Assembly: GCF_009914755.1 (NCBI RefSeq)
Contig: NC_060945.1
DNA: 64,000 nt
Strand: one strand, 5' to 3'
Source: the human T2T-CHM13v2.0 reference genome, Homo sapiens
Shown: positions 14,673 through 25,734 of the stretch, in pieces
Numbering within the stretch: the first letter of the stretch is position 1
Layout of the letters: the number at the start of each line of letters is the position of its first letter
Position numbers and translations under genes: made by a program
The notes under the pieces: generated by a model
Database searches by the model: none
What the model saw: the letters and a program-made list of their open reading frames with translations, nothing else
Told to the model about the DNA's origin: nothing

Positions 14673-15165
14673 CATTACCAGTAGAGGGTGTCCAGGTGGC
14701 ATCTCGAACAAAGGATTGGACAAAACGCACAAACAAAGCAAGGAAAGCAAAAGCAGGGATTTATTGAGAACGAAAGTACACGCCATGGTGTGGGATCAGC
14801 CTGACCATCGGGACTCAGGAGCTTACAGAATTTTCTGGGGTTTCGATACTCTAGAGGTTTCCCCTGGTTACTTGGCGAATATTCTATGAAAATGAAGAGA
14901 ATGAAGTGAAGTCAGAGTCATTTACTCAGAATGCACCCTACTGTAAATGGAGAGGATGCTACTTGGAGTGTGTGGTCTGTATAAATGGAGAGGATGCATA
15001 TGAAGTTACAAAGGGTAAATGCCGTGAACGGAGAGGGTGAAGTGCAGTTGCAAAGCTGTTCACATCCCTGTCATTGCTGAGGAGCTTTCATTTGATTTAG
15101 TTCTAGGGAGTCAGCCTGGATGGATCAGCCTTCTGTTCCCTGCCTCCTTCTGTTGTCCTGCCTCA
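14673..15165 (-). mobile_element. MER61/MER51-like ERV1 solo LTR
   Basis: ttaccagtagagggtgtccagg...ggacaaaacgcacaaacaaagcaagg...cctgcctca; near-TSD cagt/cact. Confidence 0.75.
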
Positions 15166-15747
15166 CACTCAGCTGAATCTCTCTCTTTTGGTACCTTGTA
15201 ACTTAGTCTCATTTCTAGGCTAATTGTGTCATTCTCTTTCATTTCTGTCCTGGGTTAAATTAATTCTCATTTCACAGTTTCTTGTTTTAACTGTACATTT
15301 GTGTTCCTGGTGTTTTTAGTGTTTCATTTCTGTTTCTCAGCTTTTACTCATTTTGCTTTGGACTGCAGCGCTGGGTGGGAGTTCTCAGTTCCATTAGCTG
15401 AAGAAGTTTTAGTGCCCACACCCCGTTTTCCTCTCTCAGAGCCATGAAGGACTTCAGGAGTGTCTGCGACTTGGAGAACATCATTTACCCAAAGGGATTT
15501 TGCATGCCTTTTTTCTATTTATTTTAAAAGCACTTGGATTTTCCTGCACTAGCAGTAACAGGTGTTTCTAGCTGGGAATGGACATGCCAAGGGACACAGG
15601 TGGTTTACCAGGTTTCTTTGTCCAATAGCATCCTTTTTTGTTGGTCAGCAAAAATGTATGTTCTTTTTAGAAAAAAACTGAATGGTGCATTTGGAGATGG
15701 ATTAAATCTGTGTCTTCTTATGCCTTGCTATGCTTTTATTTCTGTAG

Positions 15748-16227
<480 letters not shown>

Positions 16228-16573
16228 TAAATTAATATATAATTTAATAAATATTGTTTTAAAATCAGTGTAGATATAAGGAAATACGTAAGTAAGTGCA
16301 ATTTTATCAAAACATTTCATGTAGACGTCTCACTTGTGAAGTGGAAGCCTGCCTTTGGGTTGAGTCACCTCATTTGGGGTGTTGGGGGGAAGAGCCCCAG
16401 GGGGGAGCGCTTGCTGGCACTCTGTCTCCACACTCACACTGTGCCTTGTACTCGAATGCTGAAGAGGTGTTGACTGCTGTGTTGAAGGCAAGAGGCAGTT
16501 CCGTTGAAGCCCAGTGCTGGCGGAGAGGCCCTGCACTGGTGCGCTCACACAGCCCTGTGTTTTTGTGTTTTAG

Positions 16574-16708
16574 GTCGGTAGGCTCCACGACAAAAGTCAA
16601 CCCTTCTGTAAATCACCTGCTGTGGTTATGATGCTCTGAGTTCAATACGTCTGAACCTTTGCTGTCTATGGATCTGCTCTAAACCTTATAGCCTGCTTAT
16701 GGGGGAAG
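16574..16708 (+). other. PCBP3: PCBP3 exon (135 nt): 125 nt of 5'UTR plus 10 coding nt
   Basis: Pyrimidine-rich acceptor tgtgtttttgtgttttag|G at 16573/16574 and donor at 16709. Confidence 0.85.
16699..16708 (+). CDS. PCBP3: PCBP3 first coding segment (ATG GGG GAA G; Met-Gly-Glu, phase 1)
   Basis: ATG at 16699 followed by donor AAG|GTGAGT (GT 16709-16710). Joined to 62774 it gives MGEGDAFWAPSVLP..., the PCBP3 long-isoform N-terminus as I recall it. Confidence 0.92.
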
Positions 16709-17845
16709 GTGAGTTACTGTCTTTTGTTTCCATGTTTGTTTGTTTACCAAGAGTGTATATAACAAAGTCAGACTTACCCTTGACAAATGAAATCTGTTTG
16801 AAGTGACACAGTGCTGTATTTCACCCTGCTTCAGTCCACAATGTGCCCTGAAGACTATTCTGTATATGACTTTGGGAAATTGGGGATCCCTGCTTTTGAT
16901 AGCAGTGAGCTGGTTGTGGTTGAACACCTTTGGGTCCAGTGCCAGGCCAGGTGGTTCTCGCACAGCCTTCCAGCTCTCCCCTGGAGCCAGCCCCGAGAAG
17001 CCAAGGAGGCACAGGTTTCAGGAATGAAGGACAAGAAGGCTGTGCTGGGGGCTGAAGATCGTCCTGAGGTGTTTGGAAAGAGTAGGTAATGAGAGCATCA
17101 GGAGTGGGGGTGCTGTTTTGGTGGTCTGGTGATACCCTGCAGACATTAGTGCCGTGGCTTGAGCTGCTACCATGAACTTCTGTTGATACAATTGCAAGGA
17201 ACGTTGGATGAATGAGCAGTTGTGTTTGGAGCTTTTAACATATCCCTTCAAGAAGTAGGTCACCAAAAAATAAACGGGAGTATTAATATCTCAAGCAATA
17301 TAATAAATAAGTTTGAGCTGTTAGGTATATTTTGAACTCTACATGTTACTTTCTAAGCATACAGAGAGCATGTACAGTACTAGGATGTGTACAGGTGAAG
17401 TCTGTCTGTAACATAGGGATGTATGTGTACAGGTGAAATCTGTCTATAACACAGCATGTGGAGAGCATAAGGCAATTATACTGGAAATTAATAGTAAAGG
17501 AATAGCTTACATAAATAATATGCTATAAAAAACTCTTGTTAGAAATAAAATCATAAAAGAAATAAAAGAACTTTAGGGCTGAGTGATTATGAGGCAGTAT
17601 ATGTCCAAATTAGCATGACACAGCTAAAGCAGTGCTTAGAAGGACATTTGTAGCTATAAACACGTGTTAAGAAACATGAAAAATTAACTCAAGAGGCTGA
17701 AAAAAGAGCAAGAGAGAAAGCCCAAGGATCCATAAGGCAGAAATCAGTGAAATAGAGAGCACAGAAAAACAGAAAATTCACAGTCCTGAAAGCTGTTTTG
17801 TGTTTTAGAGTCAATAGTTAGATCTTTGGTTAAAGAAAGTGGAAG

Positions 17846-18451
<606 letters not shown>

Positions 18452-18569
18452 TCAAAAAAAGTTCTCAGACACATTTTTATGGGTGAATTATACCTAACTT
18501 TAAGGAACACTTGATTTCTAACTTACACAGATTGTTTCAGAAAATAGATAATAAAGCTCCCCAGCCCTG

Positions 18570-18866
18570 AGGCTAGGAAGAAGAGAGGCTGGTCCACAGG
18601 TACAAAGTTAAAGTTAGACAGGAGGAGTAAATTCTGGTGTTCTGTTAACAATAGGGTGACTATAGCTAATAATAATATGTCTGTCCAGATAGCTGGAAGA
18701 CAGGATTTTGAATGTTATCACAAAATCATAAATGTTTACAGTGATGGATATGCTAATTTCCCTGGTTTGATCATTAAATAATGTATATGTGTATTGCAAC
18801 ATCATACTGTATCCTGTAAATATGTACAACTATTATGCGTCAATTATAAATAAAGCTTAAAAAAAG
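18570..18866 (+). mobile_element. L1MA-type 3' end
   Basis: gttagacaggaggagtaaattctggtgttct...gatggatatgctaatttccctggtttgatcatt...aataaa plus A tail. Confidence 0.75.
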
Positions 18867-18869
18867 CTG

Positions 18870-19534
18870 ACGGCTTCGAAGGTCGAGGCAAGGAACGTGG
18901 CCTGGAAAAGACAAGGGAAAATTTCCCCAAAGCCTTCAGAAGGAACACAGCCCTGCAGCCACCCTGACTTTTGTTCAGAAGGAACACAGCCCTGCAGCCA
19001 CCCTGACTTTTGTTCAGAAGGAACACAGCCCTGCAGCCATGCTGATTTTTGTTCAGAAGGAACACAGCCCTGCAGCCACCCTGACTTCTGTTCGGAAGGA
19101 ACACAGCCCTGCAGCCATGCTGATTTTTGTTCAGAAGGAACACAGCCCTGCAGCCACACTGATTTTTGTTCAGAAGGAACACAGCCCTGCAGCCACCCTG
19201 ACTTCTGTTCGGAAGGAACGCAGCCCTGCAGCCATGCTGATTTTTGTTCAGAAGGAACACAGCCCTGCAGCCACCCTGACTTCTGTTCGGAAGGAACACA
19301 GCCCTGCAGCCATGCTGATTTTTGTTCAGAAGGAACACAGCCCTGCAGCCACACTGATTTTTGTTCAGAAGGAACACAGCCCTGCAGCCACCGTGACTTT
19401 TGTTCAGAAGGAACACAGCCCTGTAAACACCGTGACTTGTCTAGTGAGATCTGATTCAGACCTCTGACTTCTGGAAATAGAAGATAATAAATTTGTGATG
19501 TAATTTGTAACATCAGCAATAGTAAACTAATACA
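18870..19534 (+). mobile_element. MLT1D-like MaLR LTR (3' part) containing an internal VNTR
   Basis: ggaaaagacaagggaaaatttccccaaagccttcagaaggaacacagccctgc...aagataataaatttgtg...cagcaatagtaaactaataca. Confidence 0.75.
18935..19442. repeat. Minisatellite, 39-bp unit x13
   Basis: Unit ttcagaaggaacacagccctgcagccaccctgacttttg; 13 SEGTQPC repeats in the ORF track. Confidence 0.97.
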
Positions 19535-19999
19535 GTAACTTTTATAGAAAAATGGGTGAAGGATCGGAAAGACAGTTTACAGAAGAAGAAGTACAAAAGG
19601 CTGGTGAAGAGATGTGCAAACTCACTTCTTGTCTGAGAGATGCAGAGTGACATGGCGTGTACACTTCCCACAGCTGAGACCAGCAGGAGCGGGCAGTGGA
19701 CTCGCACCAGGCATTGGGAGCAGATGCGGAAAGTGCACATGCCGCTGGCCAGAGGGGGTGGGCTGGCATGTCTTCTCTGGAGCCTGCTGTGACCTGGCAT
19801 GCTGTCCTGCATCTCTGTGGTGACAAAATCTCCACGGGTTCATGGAGACAGATGCACACAGCATCTCCTTGTTGTGCTCCGTGGATGTCGGGGTGGAAGG
19901 TGACCTCAGTGCCCCTGCCTAGAAGAGTGAAAACCTAACTGTGGCAGAAGCCAGATGCCGTGGGTTGGGTGTGCCAATGGCCCTTAAAGGCAGGGCTGG

Positions 20000-20336
20000 C
20001 GTTACTGGTGGAGGGTGTCCAGGTTCTTGGCGTTTTGAAAAAATAATTGGACAAAACACACAAACAAAGCAAGGAAAGAATGAAGCAGTGAGAGCAGAGA
20101 TTTACTGAAAATGAGAGCACAGTCCACAGGGTGGGAGCAGCCCGAGCAAGCAGCTCACGGGCCCCAGCGACAGAATTTTCTGGGGTTTCAATACCCTCTG
20201 CAGGTTTCCATTGGTTACTTGGTGTACACCCCTGTGAATGGAGAGGGTGTTCCTGTCATGGCTGAAGTGTTTGCATTTGATTTAGTTCTAGGAAGACCTT
20301 AGGTTTCTTCCCTGCAGGCCCTCTTCTCCTGCCTCA
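20000..20336 (-). mobile_element. MER61-like ERV1 solo LTR
   Basis: Homologous to 14673-15165; perfect 4-bp TSD ctgg (19996-19999 / 20337-20340). Confidence 0.8.
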
Positions 20337-20889
20337 CTGGGTTAAAAAGCTAAGAAACATGAGTGGTGTTAAACCATTCTGCCTGTGTGAGTACAGACGC
20401 GTGCATAGGAAATTAAATACACACATACTTTGCAAGAGCATATGTGAGTAAGAGTCAGGCACTCGGTGTTTTAGAATGGGCTCCTGCGTGGTGGCAGTGG
20501 CAGGTGGTGGTGATAAGGGCCGGTGAGAATAAAAAGGAGCCGATGGTACGGGGCAGGAGCCGCTCCCAGGAAGCGGTGGTGCCGACGTGTCATAAACTGA
20601 TATCCGCATCTCAGCCTCTGTGCACGAGGCTAGGAAGAGAAGAGATTTCCAAAAAGGTAAGAGTGGGGCGGGGGGGACAAAAACGCAAAGAAACACAAAG
20701 AGCAGCATCCGTGTGAAGTTGGGCCTGGGAGAGAGATGGAAGGGGTGGGATGAGGCCTCTACGTTTCACAGCTCAGTAACCTGGGCCCTGAGAGGCTGTG
20801 CGGTTTGTTCCATGCAAGGGCCAGCCTGGACTTGCAGGCTCAAATACGACTCCTCCTGCCCTGCATGTGTGTCAGCTACCACACATGCT

Positions 20890-21340
20890 TTTTTAAAATT
20901 TATTTTTGTTTTTATTTTTAGTTGTTGTAAAATGTACATAACATAGAATTTTCCATCTTAACTATTTTTTAGCATACAGTTCAGGGATATGCTGGGCAGC
21001 CATCACCACCATTATCTCCAGAACTTTCTCAACTTTTTGAACTGAATCTCTGTCCCCATTAAACCCTCCCTCCCCCAGCCTCTGGCACCCAGGATCCTAC
21101 TCTCTGTCTCTAGGAATCTGACTGCTCTAGGGACCGCTACACGTGGAATTATATGGCATTTGTCTGTTTGTATCTGGCTTCTTTCTTTTAGTCTGCTGTC
21201 TTCAGGGTTCATCTACACTGTGGCATGTGTGAGAATGTCCTTCCTTTTGAAAGCTGACCGATATCCTGTTGTATGTAAAGACTGCAGCCATCAGTGGACA
21301 GGAAGGCTTCACCCGTTTGGCTGTTAGGAGCGGTGCCCTT
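20890..21340 (-). mobile_element. L1MB-type 3' end
   Basis: aacatagaattttccatcttaac...ctccagaactttc...cccagcctctggcacc...ctctagggacc...gtggaattatatggcatttgtc. Confidence 0.8.
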
Positions 21341-23041
21341 GTGTGTGCCTATCTCAAGTGTTTTATTCTTTGTGATGCTATTGTAAATAGAAGTGTTTTC
21401 TTAATTTCCCTCTTGGATTGTTCACTGTGAGGAGAAGATGCTCTTTGATGAGACTGAAATGAAGCTGGGTGTGGGCTCTGGGTGGGTGGAGCAAGCACTC
21501 CGAGCCTCTGCCCCGCGGAATGCAGTGGTCTGAGAAGTAAGTAGCAGGAGTGCTGGAGGAAATGGAAACTTACGATCTCTCCTGCCTGAGTTCACAGCAG
21601 GCTGAAACCCAGAAGATGGCAGAAAGCTGACAGAGAGCTCCAGGAGGAGCCTCTCGGAACAGCTCGAAGAGCAGGAAAGGGGACCCTAGGCAGCCTTATG
21701 GCGACAATAGTGGTGCCAGGAATGGCCAAGGGGGTCCGCAGGGGCCCCCAGGCTCCACCACGGAGGGAGGGAGCCTTCCTCTCCAAGTCTGGCAGCGATG
21801 CCCAAGTGCCTTCTCTCTCTCTGCGCTTTCCCACAGCTGATCCTGGAGGAGTGCACCTGGGAAGCCAGTGCACAGAGCTGGAGCTTCCCGACTGCAGGAG
21901 GGAAAAGAGGAATCCTGGGATCTGGGAGGCACAGGGAGGCCAGCACAGACGCAGGCTCCGGAAGCCCACGGAGAGGGCTGGGCATTCTCCCACACTCATC
22001 CCCAGCTTCACATACACACATCCGCCCTCAAACAGCCCATCACAGACCTTGAGAACCGCACCATGGGGTGGACTGCTGCCCAGTTCCCAGACCCCACACC
22101 CCACCAGCACAGAGGGGGGCATGCGTGGGAAGGCCTGGAGAGCCCTGCAAAGACCGAAACAACCAACGTGGGAACCACATACAGAGCCCCTTAGAGTTGA
22201 AGCCTGAACCCAACCAGGCCGGTTGCCTCCTACATCTGAGATATAAATGCTCTCTCTGGGATTTAAATGAGACCCAAGGCTGCCTCCGTACCCCGCCACC
22301 CTAGGTCTGTGCTGCAGGCCATGCAGTGTGTGGGGTCAGGCCCATGTGTCTGTCTGCCTTCTGCCCAGGATCCAAGTGCCCGATGGCCTGAGGGCCGGAC
22401 CCCACACAGGCACAGAACGCGCTGCAGAGGTGACAGGCGGGTGGAACCCAGGGAGACAGAAAACCTCCTGCCAGGGAAGTTGCTCGGCTTGGAGAGAGGA
22501 CTAAACTCTGACCTTTTTCCTCTCTTGCCCAAATTCCTATCTAAGGAGCCTGGGGAGTCACACCGTACAAACCGTAACATCTCATGAGACAGGTTTTATT
22601 TAACCCAATATAACGTGGCTTTTCAATCTGACTGTGGCTTCACATCACATGACAGATAAAGTAGGAAACAGAAATATTTTACCCCAAAATATGTTTATTT
22701 GCCATATTTTGAAATGGGCCTCCAAAGCCATCTTTTATGGGGGAAAGTTTGCATCTGTAAAGAACCTGTATTAACATAACTGGATCTTTCCCCTTCCAGA
22801 CCCTCCCAATCCTGAGGAGCCTGGCTGAGAGTCTAGTGCCTTGTGAAGGTCTGAATAGGAAACATTTGCCATGTATTGCCTCTAAGGGTGGACACCTATG
22901 AGATTTCATCCACATAATAAGGACCTTGGTCTCCACAGCCCCTTCTCTTAACCCAGACACTCCTTTCTATTGATTCCAGGCCTTCAGATAGTAACTTAAC
23001 TCATTCAACCAAGTACCCATCAGAACATCTTTTAATTCATC

Positions 23042-24205
23042 TGATAGAGCTTGGATATTTGCCCTACCCACATCTCACATGGAAATGTGATCCCGAGTGT
23101 TGGAGGTGGGTCTGGTGGGAGGTGTTTGGGTCATGGGTGCGGCTTCCCCATGAACGGCCTGGGCCATCCCCTGGTGATGACCGAGCTCTTGTCCTTGAGT
23201 TCACAGGAGACCTAGTTGTGTAAAAGTGTGTGGCACGCCCCCCCCACCCCCGCTCTGCCCCGGTGACGTGCCTGCTCCTCTGCCTCCCGCCATGATCGCA
23301 AGTTTCCTGATGTCAAAGAAAAAAGTCCAACTCTGTAAAATATTTGAAGAGATTTATTCTGAGCCAAATCTGCATGACCATGGCCTGTGACGCAGCCCTC
23401 AGGAGGTCCTGAGAACATGTACCCAAGGCGGTCGGGTACAGCCTGGTTTTATTCACTTTAGGGAGGCATGAGACATCAATCAAATACATTTAACAAATAC
23501 ATTGGTTTGGTCCAGAAAGGTGGGACAACTCAAAGTGAGGGCTTCCAGGCTATCAGTAAATTTAAACATTTTCTTGCTGACGGTTGAGTTTGTCTAAAGA
23601 CCTGGGATCATAGAAAGGAAATGCTCAGGTTAAGATAAAGCATTGTGGAGACCAAGGTTCTTCTGAAGTCTCATAGTGGCTGTCCTTAGAGACAGTCGAT
23701 GACAAATGCTTCCTATTCAGACCTTTAAAAGCTGCTGGACTCTCAGTTAATCTCTTCAGGATTGGGAGGGCCTGGGAGAAAAAGATCAAGCTATGTTAAT
23801 AGAGATTCTTTACAGATGCAGATGTTCCCCCACAAAGGACGGCTTTGTAGGACCATCTCAAGATATGGCAAAGAAACATGTTTTGGGGTAAATTATTTTG
23901 TATTCTTTGTCTCATAATGTTATGCCAGGTTGGAAAGTAAGTCACAATATAGGGTTAAATAAAACCCATCTGATGAGAATTTATGGTTTGTAGAGCATGA
24001 CTCCCCAGAACCCTTAGATAGGAATATAGGCAAGAAAAAAAATCAGAATTGAGTCCTCACGGAGGCCCCTCTCCAGAAGCCAAACAGATGCCAATGCTGA
24101 GCCTCCTGTATGGCCTGCAGAACCCTGAGCCAGCTGAAATCCTTTCTTTATAAATTACCCAGCCTCAGGCATTCCTTTATGACAATGCAAGAACAGCCTA
24201 ATACA
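23042..24205 (+). mobile_element. MSTB-like MaLR LTR (middle element of the nest)
   Basis: tgatagagcttggatatttg...tgttggaggtgggtctggtgggaggtgtttgggtcatggg...ataaattacccagcctcagg...ctaataca. Confidence 0.82.
23311..24059 (-). mobile_element. MER4E-like solo LTR (inner element of the nest)
   Basis: tgtcaaagaaaaaagtccaactctgtaaaatatttgaagagatttattctgagccaaat...gagtcctca; near-TSD ctga/cgga. Confidence 0.82.
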
Positions 24206-24753
24206 CCACCTATAACCCCCCACCTTTGAGCTGTCCTGCCTTTCTGGACCTCAAAGCAGAGCACACCTCACTATATCTCCCTAAACCATATAAAACCAGG
24301 CTGCACCCCAGCCACCCTGGGCACAAGTTCTTAGGTTCTCCTGAGGCTGTGCCTCAGCCATGGTCACTCACATTTGGCTCAGAGTAAATCTCTTCAAATA
24401 TTATTTTGTAGAGTTTAGCTCTTCTTGTTGACAGGAGCCAGCATGTACCAGTGACCAGAAAGCCTCAAGCCCTGGTGCTGGCTTCTCTGCCACTCTTGGA
24501 CCCATGAGCCCTGGATGGGATGGGGAAACAGGGCTGCCCCCCAGGGCCTTGCTCTCCAGTGTTGACGGAGGTGTCGTGGGAGAGGCTCGCAGAGGGCAGG
24601 GGTGTTGCCTCCCCCCACAGCCAAGCCAGGCCTCCCCCATTCCCACACCCTTCCCACTGACCGTGCTCCTCAGACCCACCCTGCACTCCTGCCTTGCGGG
24701 CCATGCCCCAGGGAGCCTCATGGACCTCCCTTACCTCCCTCCAGTCTCTGACC

Positions 24754-25327
24754 TGTCAACCAAAATGGGATTGTGGCAGATCTTAATCTGCTCAGAGGTT
24801 TATTTTGCCAAGGTTGAGGACTCGCCAGGGAGAGAGACAGAAGTTACTGTAGGACCTGTTGCCTGGGATTTTTCCGAAGAGACTTTTAGGACTTTCGTAT
24901 TTGAAGGGGAAAGAGCTGGCGGGAGGCGGTAGAGGACCTGTCATCTACGCACGGTCTCTCCAAGAATCTGCATTTCCCATAAGGTGAAGTAAACCTGGAG
25001 CAGAGGAAGACATGCATGTGTCTCGGGCTGGGCGGAGGAGGGACGGCTTCTCGTCTTGTCTTAGTCCTGTACCTGTGAAGATAAGCTGTTTATTGACACT
25101 GTCAGGGTGAGAGTCAGCAGGACACTGCCTTAGGGTACAGACTGGGGCCCAGAGGGCATTTCCGTGTGGGCAGCTGGTGAGGGAGGCCCCTGGGGAGCCT
25201 CGCAGCCTTCTATCTGCAGCTGTCTGCTTAGGACCAAAAGGAAGGCCACCTTTGCATGACTCTGTTCCCAAACTGAACTCCTCGTCATAGTGGGTTTGGG
25301 GTCCTGAGATTTTATTTTCCTTCCACA
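24754..25327 (-). mobile_element. MER83/MER4-group ERV1 solo LTR
   Basis: TG...CA ends; gtttattttgccaaggttgaggac and ggtttggggtcctgagattttattttccttccaca. Confidence 0.65.
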
Positions 25328-25368
25328 GTTCCCAGGTCCCCCTTCAGTGAGGTCTTCCTGATGGATGC

Positions 25369-25734
25369 TGATATGGTCTGGCTGTGTCCCCACCCAAATC
25401 TCATCTTGAATTGTAGCTCCCACAATTCCTACAGGTCATGGGAGGGACTCAGTGGGAGGTAAGTGAATCATGGGGGCGGGTCTTTCCCGTGCTGTTCTCG
25501 TGATAGTGAGTAAGTCTCATGAGATCTGATGGTTTTCTAAAGCATAGTTCCTCTGCACGTGCCCTCTCTTGCCGGCCACCATGTAAGACGTCCCTTTGCT
25601 CTTCCTGCATCTTCCACCATGATTGTGAGGCCTCCCCAGCCATGTGGAACTGTGAGTCCATGAAACCTCTTTCCTTTATAAATTACACAGTCTCGGGTAT
25701 GTCTGTATTACCAGCGTGAGAACAGATGAATACA
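25369..25734 (+). mobile_element. THE1B MaLR solo LTR, sense to PCBP3
   Basis: Close match to THE1B consensus from tgatatggtctggctgtgtccccacccaaatc to gagaacagatgaataca; 5-bp TSD gatgc/gacgc. Confidence 0.9.

Larger units (their letters stand above)
22495..24433 (+). mobile_element. MER4D/E-like solo LTR (outer element of a triple nest; own sequence 22495-23041 and 24206-24433)
   Basis: gaggactaaactctgac...tttggctcagagtaaatctcttcaaatatt...tgttgaca; perfect TSD ggag on both sides. Confidence 0.8.

Noticed and set aside
18844-19519. Cys-rich repeat ORFs (SEGTQPCSHPDFC etc.)
   Set aside because: Translation of a 39-bp VNTR inside an LTR; open on both strands, no splice or promoter support.
21592-22299. 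235-aa (-) and 169-aa (+) ORFs, and similar GC-rich ORFs elsewhere (e.g. 58836-59522)
   Set aside because: No recognisable domain; composition typical of chance ORFs in GC-rich DNA.
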